Below are positions 9,001-17,969 of a stretch of 33,412 bases of DNA, in pieces; the stretch's first letter is position 1; each line of letters starts with the position of its first letter. This DNA is from an uncultured Gammaproteobacteria bacterium. GTDB lineage: Bacteria; Patescibacteriota; Patescibacteriia; Magasanikbacterales; GWA2-37-8. The DNA lies in NCBI GenBank assembly GCA_964363145.1, contig CAYIHE010000002.1, positions 1-33,412 on the forward strand. The letters are read 5' to 3'. The translations under genes and the position numbers were made by a program. The notes under the pieces are model-generated. The model was not told where the DNA came from, made no database searches, and worked only from the letters and a program-made list of their open reading frames with translations.

Positions 9001-10950
9001 TTATTTATTTTTAATAGATAAATCTAAAACAAAATTTTTTCCATCATCATAAATTATTTTTCTAGTTTTGCTTAATTCCATTGTATAATCCTGAAAAGCC
9101 AGACCATTTTCTGAAATGGCGCGTAACAGCGGATTCACATGAGCCTTTAACATTCCCGATACTGAAACACGAGAAAAATTTGCCTCATTTCCGTAGGAAT
9201 ATGCCACATATTTAAGATTGTGCGATAAAAAATAGTCGGCCATCGCCTCACTGCCGGACCTTAACGGTATTCCGGGCGGCAAACTGGCTCCACCCGGAGT
9301 ATCGTTTATATAAACGTTATTTCTCTTAAAATCAAACAAAAAATTTCTATCCAATCTGGCAATAATCGTTTCTCCGACCGGTACTGCTTTTTGCAAATCC
9401 GAGTATTGTTTAAGTTCGCCTTCACTTACCAAATCAGAGTTCGTTAATCCAATCTTTGGCCGGCCGCCGTCAATGTTTAAACTGTATTTAATATTATCAA
9501 TTACAATTAAATCTTTTTGTAAATATGCGCCAAATAAAAAAATAATTATCATTAATCCAAGCAACCGACTGTTAAAATTAGGGAAACTGCGAAATTGCAA
9601 ACCGCCCGCTAATGACACGGCCGCGGTAAATAAAATGCCCGGAAAAAGATACGCAAAGCTGTAATAATACAAGCTATAGCCACCCATTAGCACCGCCAAT
9701 ACCAACACACCGGCGGATGAACTTAAAAATATCAACCATAGAAGTTTTTTTCCCTCACCGGCGACCAAACCATGCATCATCGCGCCAATGACCACTAACG
9801 GTAAAAGCGTAATTAAACTGTTAAAACCCTCAAAACAAAAACGCAATAAACTGTACAAATCAAATTGGATAACATGTTTAAAAGCGCCGTAAGCTGTGCC
9901 GTGGTAGCCTAAGCCAAAAACCGGATAAAGCAATGTGCCTGAAGACGCCAGCAAGGACAACATCCACGGAAAAAGAAAAATAAATACCGCCGCTACCGCA
10001 ATAAAAAACTCCTTTACGAGCGGACGAAAACTTCCCAAACTGCGGAAATAAATAAAATAATGCCCGACAAATAACATAACCGACACAATAATGTAACTTG
10101 ATTTTAAGGCGCAAAGCGCGGATAGAGGCAAGGCAACCATTAGAGCGTTGCGCAAGGGTGAATTATTTTTGAATTCTAAAACCTGATAAGATAATCTGAA
10201 AAAAAGAAAAATAACCGCGGCGGCGGTATAGGCGGCGGTAATGTTTAGCACCGGCGAAACAATAACCGTCATCACCAGAACTGCCCCCATGCCCAAATAT
10301 CGATCAACCTTCTTCTCCCTAAGAAAACCCACCAGAAGAAGTATGAGTATCAAATAGCCCAAGCCGTTGTCTGTTAGATGAAGGTTTTTGAAAGAAGTAG
10401 CGGAAAGAATAATGGCGTGTAAAAAGTATTGGCCGCCAAGCGATGATTCCACCCGGCGTTCACTAAAGGGATCATTGCCCAACGACCCGGTTTGCAGCAT
10501 CTTCGCCGGAAAAGACATATAGCCATGAAAATCATCGGCGCCATTAAAACCAAAAAAGGAGACGGCAAAACTATACCTAGCTAAAATAATAACTACAATA
10601 ACCGCTGTGGCGATAGAGAAAAATTTATTTTCTTTGACAAATACAAAAGCTTTCCGCGCCGACATTGGCCATGCCCGGCAATTTTTAATCAAAGAAAAGA
10701 AAAGCAATAAGACACCAAAAATAATAAATACCTGGATTGCCAACGGCGAAATGACACTGGCTAAATTTAAAATACCGCCCACTATCACGCTTAAAACCAG
10801 ACCAAAAGCCGCTTGCATGCCGATATCGAATTTCTTTCCCGGCGATAAAATTACATTAATAAGCCGCCCATAACCGATAAAGGCCAATAGCACGATGATC
10901 CCCCACGCAAAAGCTGTTAAATACTGAACTAGCATAATTAATTTAACCAA
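9001..10950 (-). CDS. large polytopic membrane protein (649 aa), unknown family; candidate GT-C-type glycosyltransferase or polymerase
   Basis: About 14 hydrophobic helices followed by a C-terminal hydrophilic domain of about 170 aa. An acidic DDFH motif (residues 139-142) lies in a loop predicted extracytoplasmic by the positive-inside rule. No family signature recognised. The start could be 10935 (MLVQYL). Confidence 0.55.
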   Translation of the reverse strand: MVKLIMLVQYLTAFAWGIIVLLAFIGYGRLINVILSPGKKFDIGMQAAFGLVLSVIVGGILNLASVISPLAIQVFIIFGVLLLFFSLIKNCRAWPMSARKAFVFVKENKFFSIATAVIVVIILARYSFAVSFFGFNGADDFHGYMSFPAKMLQTGSLGNDPFSERRVESSLGGQYFLHAIILSATSFKNLHLTDNGLGYLILILLLVGFLREKKVDRYLGMGAVLVMTVIVSPVLNITAAYTAAAVIFLFFRLSYQVLEFKNNSPLRNALMVALPLSALCALKSSYIIVSVMLFVGHYFIYFRSLGSFRPLVKEFFIAVAAVFIFLFPWMLSLLASSGTLLYPVFGLGYHGTAYGAFKHVIQFDLYSLLRFCFEGFNSLITLLPLVVIGAMMHGLVAGEGKKLLWLIFLSSSAGVLVLAVLMGGYSLYYYSFAYLFPGILFTAAVSLAGGLQFRSFPNFNSRLLGLMIIIFLFGAYLQKDLIVIDNIKYSLNIDGGRPKIGLTNSDLVSEGELKQYSDLQKAVPVGETIIARLDRNFLFDFKRNNVYINDTPGGASLPPGIPLRSGSEAMADYFLSHNLKYVAYSYGNEANFSRVSVSGMLKAHVNPLLRAISENGLAFQDYTMELSKTRKIIYDDGKNFVLDLSIKNK

Positions 10951-11531
10951 TTTTTCATGAACCTTTCTTTATTCTCCAGCGGAAAAATATACCACGCGAG
11001 AATTTCTCTTATAAGTTCATTCTCATTAATTTCCATATCTTTTTTCCTGCATTCCACTTTTATATTGGGCATAAAATTCCGATACAAGGGGTGTTTGAAG
11101 CTAAAATCATCAAAACCATATTTAGACAAGATCTTTTTAAATTTCCTTTTATCCCAAAAATCCAAATGGTTCGCCCAAGCCGCCTCTTGTGTGCCGAATA
11201 AATGCCTGCCTAACCTCATTCTGAAGAAAAACGGCACAAACGGAATCAATCCGCAAGTCCAAAAATAATCCGGAGTTTCAATTACCAATTTACCGCCCGG
11301 TTTAAGCCAGTGGCGCCATTTAGCCAGCAATTTTAACGCGTCAACCCTGTTAAAATGCTCAAAAAGGTGATGGCTTCTAATTTCATCCAAGGAATTATCG
11401 GCATATTCCAACGTACTGATGTCCTGATAAACATCCGCCTTAACATTCATAATTGTTTTGTCATCAGTCGGATAATCTATGTTTACATAACCTTCTAAAT
11501 ATGTGCCGCCACAACCTAGATGAATTTTCAT
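10938..11531 (-). CDS. SAM-dependent methyltransferase (type 11-like)
   Basis: MKIHLGCGGTYLEGYVNIDY start and LKPGGKLVIETP block typical of small class I methyltransferases. 197 aa. Confidence 0.7.
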   Translation of the reverse strand: MKIHLGCGGTYLEGYVNIDYPTDDKTIMNVKADVYQDISTLEYADNSLDEIRSHHLFEHFNRVDALKLLAKWRHWLKPGGKLVIETPDYFWTCGLIPFVPFFFRMRLGRHLFGTQEAAWANHLDFWDKRKFKKILSKYGFDDFSFKHPLYRNFMPNIKVECRKKDMEINENELIREILAWYIFPLENKERFMKNWLN

Positions 11532-11556
11532 ATATGATTTAGTATAATAAATTATT

Positions 11557-12255
11557 TTATTTTGCGTAAATATCTCCCCATAAATCCGGATTGTTTTTTA
11601 TTCTTTCTTCAATTGCCATGAATAGTCCGTCTTTACCGGTCCATGAACTTAATACCAGGCGCGGTTCCTCGCCAAGAGTAAAATTAAACTCCTTAAAACC
11701 AATTGACGCCAGCCGCTCTATGCATTTTTTGGCATTATCAAAAAACTCGCTGGTAAACTCAAAATTCAAACAATTTATTTTTTTAGTCAAACCACTTAAA
11801 ACTTCAAACTCAAAACCTTCCACATCTATTTTACAAAAATCCGGAAAGCCGTACTCACCTACCAAATTATCCAGCGTGGTCATTGGCACGGTGATTTCTT
11901 TATCAAACTTAAAATTTTTGAACCGGCCGGTTTTCCAATTTTCGGAAAAAGTAGACAGGCCTTTCTCGCTTGTACAAACACTCATCTTCATCTCTCCGGG
12001 TTCTCTGCCCAAACCTTTGCGTACCACCACTACATCTCGATCGGCAAAGTGCTTTTCCAATTTATCGGCACAATCGGGCTGCGGTTCTACCGCCACCACT
12101 TTTACGCCCAAGCGACTAAAAATTCTGGTACGATTGCCAATATTAGCGCCAATATCAAAAAACAGCTTATTTGGCCCGACAAACCGCTTAAAAAAACCAA
12201 AACTGCGAATATAATTTAGTGGTTTTTTTAGACGAAGGAAAAATCCGGATAACAT
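11557..12255 (-). CDS. FkbM-family methyltransferase
   Basis: FFDIGANIGNRTRIF...VVAVEPQP... and KIDVEGFEFEVLSG are hallmark FkbM blocks. Overlaps the upstream gene by 28 nt. Confidence 0.75.
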   Translation of the reverse strand: MLSGFFLRLKKPLNYIRSFGFFKRFVGPNKLFFDIGANIGNRTRIFSRLGVKVVAVEPQPDCADKLEKHFADRDVVVVRKGLGREPGEMKMSVCTSEKGLSTFSENWKTGRFKNFKFDKEITVPMTTLDNLVGEYGFPDFCKIDVEGFEFEVLSGLTKKINCLNFEFTSEFFDNAKKCIERLASIGFKEFNFTLGEEPRLVLSSWTGKDGLFMAIEERIKNNPDLWGDIYAK

Positions 12256-13187
12256 ATTTTAATTAATTCAACGAATTTTTTAGCGGCGATGATGTTGGTA
12301 AAATTAGCCAATGCGTAATCCCGCGGCTTAAAAACGCCGATTTTATCGTTAAAATCCCGCCATTTTTCCGGAAAATCATCAATTCCGATAAAAAACTTAC
12401 CGCACTCATCGGTTAAATACGGTGCGCTTATCTTACCATCAAACCACTTGTGCCCGCAATACTCCCAATACCCCCTATTCCACACCAATGTCGGCACATC
12501 ATGCATCCACGCTTCGCAAAGCGCCAATCCTTGGCTTTCGGACTCCGATAAGCAAATCATCCCCTTCGCGCGCGCTAATAAGGCAAAATAGCCTTTCTGA
12601 CGATAACGCCCATAACGAATGACTTTATAAGCCACATTATTAGAATCCAAGAATTTGATTATTTGCTTAAGCTGCGATTTTGGGCCGTTTTTATAATAAA
12701 CCAAAAACAAGTCCCGTCTTTGCGATAAATCGCAGTCGCTACTCGCTCCGGCCGGCCAAATTTTTATTTTATCCGCCAATTGCGGCGCTTGCGACACCCA
12801 ATAGTTTTTTGTCCAAACAGACGGAAACGGCAAAAGATCAATATTTTCATCGAGCATCAAACCATTCTCCTCTGTCGGTAGCACCGCTATCACCGGTCCG
12901 GCAATAATTTTGCTTACAATTCCCTTTTTTTTTAAATTAATAGCTTCGCGTAGAGCGTCGGCGCTTTCATTAATATAAACAAGCGCGCCATCGTCGATTT
13001 TTCCGGGATTTAATAAAAATTTTACCCCAATTTCCTTCAGCCCTGTAAGCAAACTTTTTGTTACCGCTTGCGGACCGCGGCGCCTTCCTAATACGTACCG
13101 GGCGCCTTTTTTTACAGTCGTTAAAAAGCGCGGCCACAAATTTTGTCCCGCTCCTTTTATTGGTTCGGTTAAAATAACGAGTGGCAT
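12228..13187 (-). CDS. divergent GT-B-fold glycosyltransferase (GT4-like)
   Basis: 319 aa. The C-terminal SESESQGLALCEAWMHDVPTLVW block resembles the E-x7-E donor-binding block of GT4. The N-terminal half is not recognisable. Confidence 0.5.
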   Translation of the reverse strand: MPLVILTEPIKGAGQNLWPRFLTTVKKGARYVLGRRRGPQAVTKSLLTGLKEIGVKFLLNPGKIDDGALVYINESADALREAINLKKKGIVSKIIAGPVIAVLPTEENGLMLDENIDLLPFPSVWTKNYWVSQAPQLADKIKIWPAGASSDCDLSQRRDLFLVYYKNGPKSQLKQIIKFLDSNNVAYKVIRYGRYRQKGYFALLARAKGMICLSESESQGLALCEAWMHDVPTLVWNRGYWEYCGHKWFDGKISAPYLTDECGKFFIGIDDFPEKWRDFNDKIGVFKPRDYALANFTNIIAAKKFVELIKICYPDFSFV

Positions 13188-13193
13188 ACTAGG

Positions 13194-13910
13194 CTATAAT
13201 TTATCCGTAATACCATGTCTCTTGTATATAACTTGGTTTTCGGCAACCATAAGCGGGTTGGCGCCGGCGCTTAGACCCCGGCCATCAACATTGAAAATTC
13301 CGGCGTTCTTTTTGGATAAAACAAATTTACCAAATAGTTTTGCCGCTCTCACGCACCAATCAAGATCCCCGCTGATTTTAAACTGTTCGTCAAAAGGACC
13401 CACCCGATTATAAAATTCTTTACTAATCATAAAAAATGGACCACAATGCATGGATCGGGAAAATTCTTGCTGATTATACGCGGGTGGGGAAATATGTCGA
13501 TATTTTACCGGCACGGCCATCGGTCCAAACCGTAATACCCAAAGAATATGAAAAGGGAAATAAACCAAATCGGCGCCATTTTTAATGAGATTATAACCGT
13601 CAATAATTGCGCCGGCAAACCGGGTATCGTCGGCATTCCAAAAAGCGATTACTTCACCTTTGGCCATTCGTACGCCTCGATTCCAACTGGCAAACACAGT
13701 TTCTCTGTCAACAACAATATACCTAAACCATGATTTATTTTTTAATTTGGCAATTACTTTTAATTCTTTTTCCGTCGGATTGTTAAATACTATAATAATT
13801 TCGAACCGCGCGCCTTTAGCTTCCAAGGATTTAGCAACCCTAGAAAGACGTGTAAAAAGCTTGTTGATATAACGACCGGAATTGTACAACGACAAAACTA
13901 TTGATATCAT
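13194..13910 (-). CDS. glycosyltransferase family 2-like
   Basis: MISIVLSLYNSGRYI... start, then NRGVRMAKGEVIAFWNADD (DxD-like). 238 aa. ATGA overlap with the upstream gene at 13907-13910. Confidence 0.6.
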   Translation of the reverse strand: MISIVLSLYNSGRYINKLFTRLSRVAKSLEAKGARFEIIIVFNNPTEKELKVIAKLKNKSWFRYIVVDRETVFASWNRGVRMAKGEVIAFWNADDTRFAGAIIDGYNLIKNGADLVYFPFHILWVLRFGPMAVPVKYRHISPPAYNQQEFSRSMHCGPFFMISKEFYNRVGPFDEQFKISGDLDWCVRAAKLFGKFVLSKKNAGIFNVDGRGLSAGANPLMVAENQVIYKRHGITDKL

Positions 13911-14818
13911 AAATTTTTATCCATTGAATCAACAATACGTTTTTTTTCAACTACAAATTGCTCCTCAATTTTCTCCAACGTAATTCCGTTTTCTTTTTCA
14001 TAGAGCGAAAAATAAGTAAGAAGCCGAAAATACGAATAAGCCAGCGCTTCCATAAAACCAACCACCCCGTTTTTCCAATTATTCTTATAAAATAACCAAA
14101 AATACCTAACCATAGCCGCCAACATTCTTATGACAGAAAATTTTTGTCCGTTGGCATATTTTTGCCCCGCCTCCGCTTCGGCATACGCCAAATGACTGGT
14201 GGCAAACTTTTTCAGGTTATATAAGCTAAAATGCCGTATAGCGTATTCATCGCGTACTGGTAAATGTAAGACTTCTTCTTTTTTGCCCAAAAATTTTCCC
14301 ATGCCATGAATTTGATTGTTGGAAAAATCAACTGAGTCTCTCTGAAAAAAACAGCCAACTGCCGTTTTTATCGCCGGATGAGCAGTTTTGCCCCAAAGAT
14401 ATGTATATAATGGGACAATTACTTGCTTATATTTATTCTGGCGAGAAATATCGGTAAGTTTTTCCAGCAGTGTTTTTGGCGCTAAATCATCAACATACTG
14501 CCAAAACAACCATTTCTTGCCGGTATTGGCCAAAACAAAATCAAGCATTTCTTTGGTTTCACCAAGCGCGACCCCGCCCTTAGTTCCTTCCATACCGGCT
14601 ATATTAATTTTGGGCCGTTGTAAAAATTTAGCTCCGTATTTTTGCGCTATTTCACCGGTTTTGTCAGTACTGCCGCCATCTAAAACAATTACCTCGCCGT
14701 ATTTAATAAAATTACGCACCGGATATTCAATGCGCTTTTCTTCGTTAAAAGTAAAAATAATAAAGGCGATGCTAGAATCTTGCATACTATTTCTTTTTAT
14801 TGAGGAAATATTTATCAC
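13907..14818 (-). CDS. glycosyltransferase family 2 (WaaE/KdtX-like)
   Basis: IAFIIFTFNEEKRIEYPVRNFIKYGEVIVLDGGSTDKTGEIAQKYGAKF. A more likely start is the ATG at 14783-14785 (MQDSSIAF...), which removes the 32-nt overlap. Confidence 0.7.
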   Translation of the reverse strand: MINISSIKRNSMQDSSIAFIIFTFNEEKRIEYPVRNFIKYGEVIVLDGGSTDKTGEIAQKYGAKFLQRPKINIAGMEGTKGGVALGETKEMLDFVLANTGKKWLFWQYVDDLAPKTLLEKLTDISRQNKYKQVIVPLYTYLWGKTAHPAIKTAVGCFFQRDSVDFSNNQIHGMGKFLGKKEEVLHLPVRDEYAIRHFSLYNLKKFATSHLAYAEAEAGQKYANGQKFSVIRMLAAMVRYFWLFYKNNWKNGVVGFMEALAYSYFRLLTYFSLYEKENGITLEKIEEQFVVEKKRIVDSMDKNL

Positions 14819-15698
14819 ATTTAATTAAAATCAAAAACTTTTTTATCAACCCTTTTGCGGCAATCCAATATCCTCTACCCATAAAATAGACAAATGCCCC
14901 AATTTTTGATTGCGGTAAATCATACAAATCCTTAATCCATAAAAAATCCTTAAACGCCCGCATGTTTCTCCGCTGGGTTGTTTCCAATCCAACAATATCA
15001 TCCCACCGCATATTATCACCGCGTGTTTTCACGATTAAATCTTGCAAAACCATAAACTTGGCGGTACGAAACGCCCGCAAAAAAACATGGGTATGAATTT
15101 GCAACGTGCCGATATATTTATTCAGTTCGTTGAAAGACACCCATGTTTCACGTAAAAAAACATGAGTCGACATACCGCCGAAAATCCCAATCACATTAAG
15201 ATACCCGCCGACCGACCTGACGAAATCCTGCAAACTTGCGTAAGGCTTGTCTTCCGCAACTTCAGCCCCGCCTTCACTAGGATAAGCCCGCATCATGTCG
15301 CGCGAATAACCGACACGGCCAACTAAATAATAAGGAATGTTGGTGGTTAATATTTTTTTGGTTAGTATAAAAAGCGCCCCGGGGAACAAAGCGTCATCAT
15401 CTCCCAAAGTAAAACAATATTTTCCTCCGGCCAACCTGACTGCGTTGTTTAAATTGCGATCAAATCCAATATTAGTTTCATTTCTATTATAAACAATATT
15501 TGGGTATTTTTCAATAAAACTAGCCACCATTTCTTTGGTGTTATCGGCGCTAGCGTTATCGGAAATTACCACTTCCACAACACCTGCCAGTGAGGGATCA
15601 GCATCAAACTGGCCGGTAATGCTTAACAGATTGTAACGCAAAAAATCCGCTCGATTAAAAGTGGGAATACAAATGCTTAGCAATTTTTGCTCCGGCAT
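14787..15698 (-). CDS. glycosyltransferase family 2
   Basis: LSICIPTFNRADFLRYNLLSI...VVISDNASADNT...LGDDD. 303 aa. Confidence 0.75.
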   Translation of the reverse strand: MPEQKLLSICIPTFNRADFLRYNLLSITGQFDADPSLAGVVEVVISDNASADNTKEMVASFIEKYPNIVYNRNETNIGFDRNLNNAVRLAGGKYCFTLGDDDALFPGALFILTKKILTTNIPYYLVGRVGYSRDMMRAYPSEGGAEVAEDKPYASLQDFVRSVGGYLNVIGIFGGMSTHVFLRETWVSFNELNKYIGTLQIHTHVFLRAFRTAKFMVLQDLIVKTRGDNMRWDDIVGLETTQRRNMRAFKDFLWIKDLYDLPQSKIGAFVYFMGRGYWIAAKGLIKKFLILIKCDKYFLNKKK

Positions 15699-15701
15699 AT
15701 A

Positions 15702-16682
15702 TTATTCAAAATTTATCCGCTCTTTTTCTATCACCAAAGGCCGGCGCTTAACTTGAGCATAAATGGCTCCAATATATTCACCCAAAATGCCTATAAAAAA
15801 TAGTTGGATGGAAGAAAACAAGAAAATACCAATGGTAACCGGGGCCAAACCGGCTTGAAATCGATCCCAAAACAGAAGTTTATAAATCAAATAGACCATG
15901 CCGACCGCAAAACTGATGAGCGACATACCGAAACCGATAAAACTGGCTAAGCGCAACGGCAATTTGGAATGATTAACAAAACCAAGCATGGCTACATCGT
16001 ATAATCTGTAAAAATTATTTGAACTTTTGCCTTTTTTACGCTGGGATTGCACATAATCTATTTTGGCCATGGAAAAACCAAGCTCGCTAATTAACCCGCG
16101 TAAGTACGGATCCGGATCATCCACTACTTTTAAAGTTTCTATAACCTGTCTGTCATACAAGGCAAAACCGTTGAAATTTTTTATCTGCTCTGTTTCGGCG
16201 ATTATTTTAATTAAATTATAATATAATTTTCTCACGGCAAACATTAACGGACTTTCTTCACTTTTATTTTTAATGCCAACGACTATTTTGTAACCTTCAT
16301 CCCATTTTTTAATAAAATCTTTTATTAGACCGGGCGGATCCTGTAAATCGCAATACAACAATACCACCGCGTCCCCTTTTGTCTGGAGCATGGCGTAATA
16401 AGGAGATTTTAACTGACCAAAGTTGCGCGCGTTAACAATTATTTTTACATGTTTATCTTGCGCGGCTATTTCTTTTAGAATCGCCACGGTTTTGTCGACC
16501 GAAGCGTTGTCAATAAATATGTGCTCGTAATTATAGCCACATTCGGCCATTACTTTTTTCACTTGATTATAAACCTCGGCCGCGTTGGCTTCTTCGTTAT
16601 AGCAAGGGGTAACAATGCTAATTAGTTTATTTGCACCAGACATACGCGTGTAGTTAATTATATTTTTCAAAAAATTTCTCAA
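15702..16682 (-). CDS. polyprenyl-phosphate glycosyltransferase (GtrB/ArnC/DPM1-like GT2 with C-terminal TM hairpin)
   Basis: ISIVTPCYNEE...IFIDNASVDKT...LYCDLQDPP (DxDLQxPP hallmark) plus two C-terminal hydrophobic helices (LPLRLASFIGFGMSLISFAVGMVYLIY and APVTIGIFLFSSIQLFFIGILGEYI). The start is possibly the ATG at 16643 (MSGANK...). Confidence 0.8.
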   Translation of the reverse strand: MRNFLKNIINYTRMSGANKLISIVTPCYNEEANAAEVYNQVKKVMAECGYNYEHIFIDNASVDKTVAILKEIAAQDKHVKIIVNARNFGQLKSPYYAMLQTKGDAVVLLYCDLQDPPGLIKDFIKKWDEGYKIVVGIKNKSEESPLMFAVRKLYYNLIKIIAETEQIKNFNGFALYDRQVIETLKVVDDPDPYLRGLISELGFSMAKIDYVQSQRKKGKSSNNFYRLYDVAMLGFVNHSKLPLRLASFIGFGMSLISFAVGMVYLIYKLLFWDRFQAGLAPVTIGIFLFSSIQLFFIGILGEYIGAIYAQVKRRPLVIEKERINFE

Positions 16683-17958
16683 AGCACGACACCATATACT
16701 CTACCATTTCCGCGCTTAATCCTGGATACACCCCAATCCAAAAAGTATTGCTCATAACCATATCCGTGTTGGCTAAATCGCCGACCGCGCGATAATTTAC
16801 TTTGTTGCTGATAAAATATGGCTGTTTGGTAATATTGCCGGCAAACAAATAGCGAGTGGCTATGTTACAACCCTGCAAATACTGAATCAGCTCATCTCTA
16901 CCAAACGGAGCGCCGGCTTTGACCGTAAGCAAAAAGCCAAACCAGCTTGGATCGGCTTTTTCTTCCCATTTTGGAAGAACAAAATAATTTTCGTATTTCT
17001 TCAGACCGTCATACAAAATTTTAAAATTATCTTTGCGTTTCGCCACAAAACCTTCCAATTTTTCCAATTGAGCGACTCCCAAAGCGGCCTGCATATCGGT
17101 GGCTTTTAAATTATAGCCAATTTCCGAATAAATATATTTATGATCATAACCAAACGGCAGATCGCCTAACTTCCAACCAAATCTCATGCCGCAAGTATTA
17201 TCACTTCCGGTTTTACACCAGCAATCTCGCCCCCAATCCCGCATTGAGCGAATAATTTTGTTGAGTACGCCGTCATTGGTAAATATCGCGCCGCCTTCAC
17301 CCAAAGTAATATGATGCGCCGGATAAAAACTGCAAGTGGCAACATGGCCAAAAGTTCCCGTAAATTTACTATCGTACTTAGAACCGAGCGCGTCACAATT
17401 ATCTTCTATAAACCAAAAGTTGTTTGCCTTGCACAATTCCATGATGGCGGTTAAATCCATCGGATTGCCAAGTGTGTGCGCCAACATTATCGCTCTAGTT
17501 TTAGGTGTAATCGCTTTTTTTATTTCCTCAATATTGGCATTGTAAGTTCCCAAATCAACATCCACAAAAACCGGCGCTAGATTATTCTGCATTATAGGAT
17601 TAATGGTGCTTGGAAAACCCGCGGCTACGGTTATTACTTCGTCTCCGGGTTTTAATCTTTTTTCACCCAACTTCATGGAGGTAAGGGCGGTAAGCGCCAA
17701 CAAATTGGCCGACGACCCGGAATTAACTAAAATTGCGTGTCTGACCCCCAACCAACGGCTAATTTTGGCTTCAAATTGGCTAGTAAACCGGCCCTCGGTC
17801 CACCAACCGTCCAAAACCGCCTCTACGCCTAAAATCATCTCCTGTTCATCAAATACTTTGCCGGAAACGGGCACGGAAGATTCTCCGGGAATAAATTGTT
17901 TCTTGGAAAATTTTTCCTGATAATGCTTAATTATCTCCGCTTTTAAATTTTCTTCCAT
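16654..17958 (-). CDS. rfbH: PMP-dependent NDP-4-keto-6-deoxyhexose 3-dehydrase, E1 type (RfbH/DdhC/AscC-like) with [2Fe-2S] Cys motif
   Basis: 434 aa, DegT/DnrJ/EryC1 fold (VNSGSSANLLA, DNCDALG, GEGG). His occupies the Schiff-base Lys position (FYPAHHITLGEGG). Cys188/246/248/256 give C-X57-C-X1-C-X7-C, counted directly. RDWGRDCWC...DNTCG and GYDHKY blocks are present. Confidence 0.85.
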   Translation of the reverse strand: MEENLKAEIIKHYQEKFSKKQFIPGESSVPVSGKVFDEQEMILGVEAVLDGWWTEGRFTSQFEAKISRWLGVRHAILVNSGSSANLLALTALTSMKLGEKRLKPGDEVITVAAGFPSTINPIMQNNLAPVFVDVDLGTYNANIEEIKKAITPKTRAIMLAHTLGNPMDLTAIMELCKANNFWFIEDNCDALGSKYDSKFTGTFGHVATCSFYPAHHITLGEGGAIFTNDGVLNKIIRSMRDWGRDCWCKTGSDNTCGMRFGWKLGDLPFGYDHKYIYSEIGYNLKATDMQAALGVAQLEKLEGFVAKRKDNFKILYDGLKKYENYFVLPKWEEKADPSWFGFLLTVKAGAPFGRDELIQYLQGCNIATRYLFAGNITKQPYFISNKVNYRAVGDLANTDMVMSNTFWIGVYPGLSAEMVEYMVSCFEKFFEKYN

Positions 17959-17969
17959 ATAAATGTTTT

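Noticed and set aside
11591-12214. Long antisense ORFs: 207 aa here, and also 14388-14828, 3353-3787, 25795-26175, 26329-26694, 31661-32035 and 1294-1644
   Set aside because: They lie opposite or out of frame to ORFs with clear family signatures. They have low-complexity Ser/Leu/Lys-rich composition and no recognisable motifs. This is typical shadow-ORF behaviour in AT-rich DNA.
16654-17958. Annotating the dehydrase as ColD (GDP-4-keto-6-deoxymannose 3-dehydratase, colitose pathway) because gmd is adjacent
   Set aside because: The length (434 aa) and the exact C-X57-C-X-C-X7-C cysteine pattern fit the Fe-S-containing E1/RfbH class rather than the shorter, cluster-free ColD. The nucleotide specificity remains open; see the findings.
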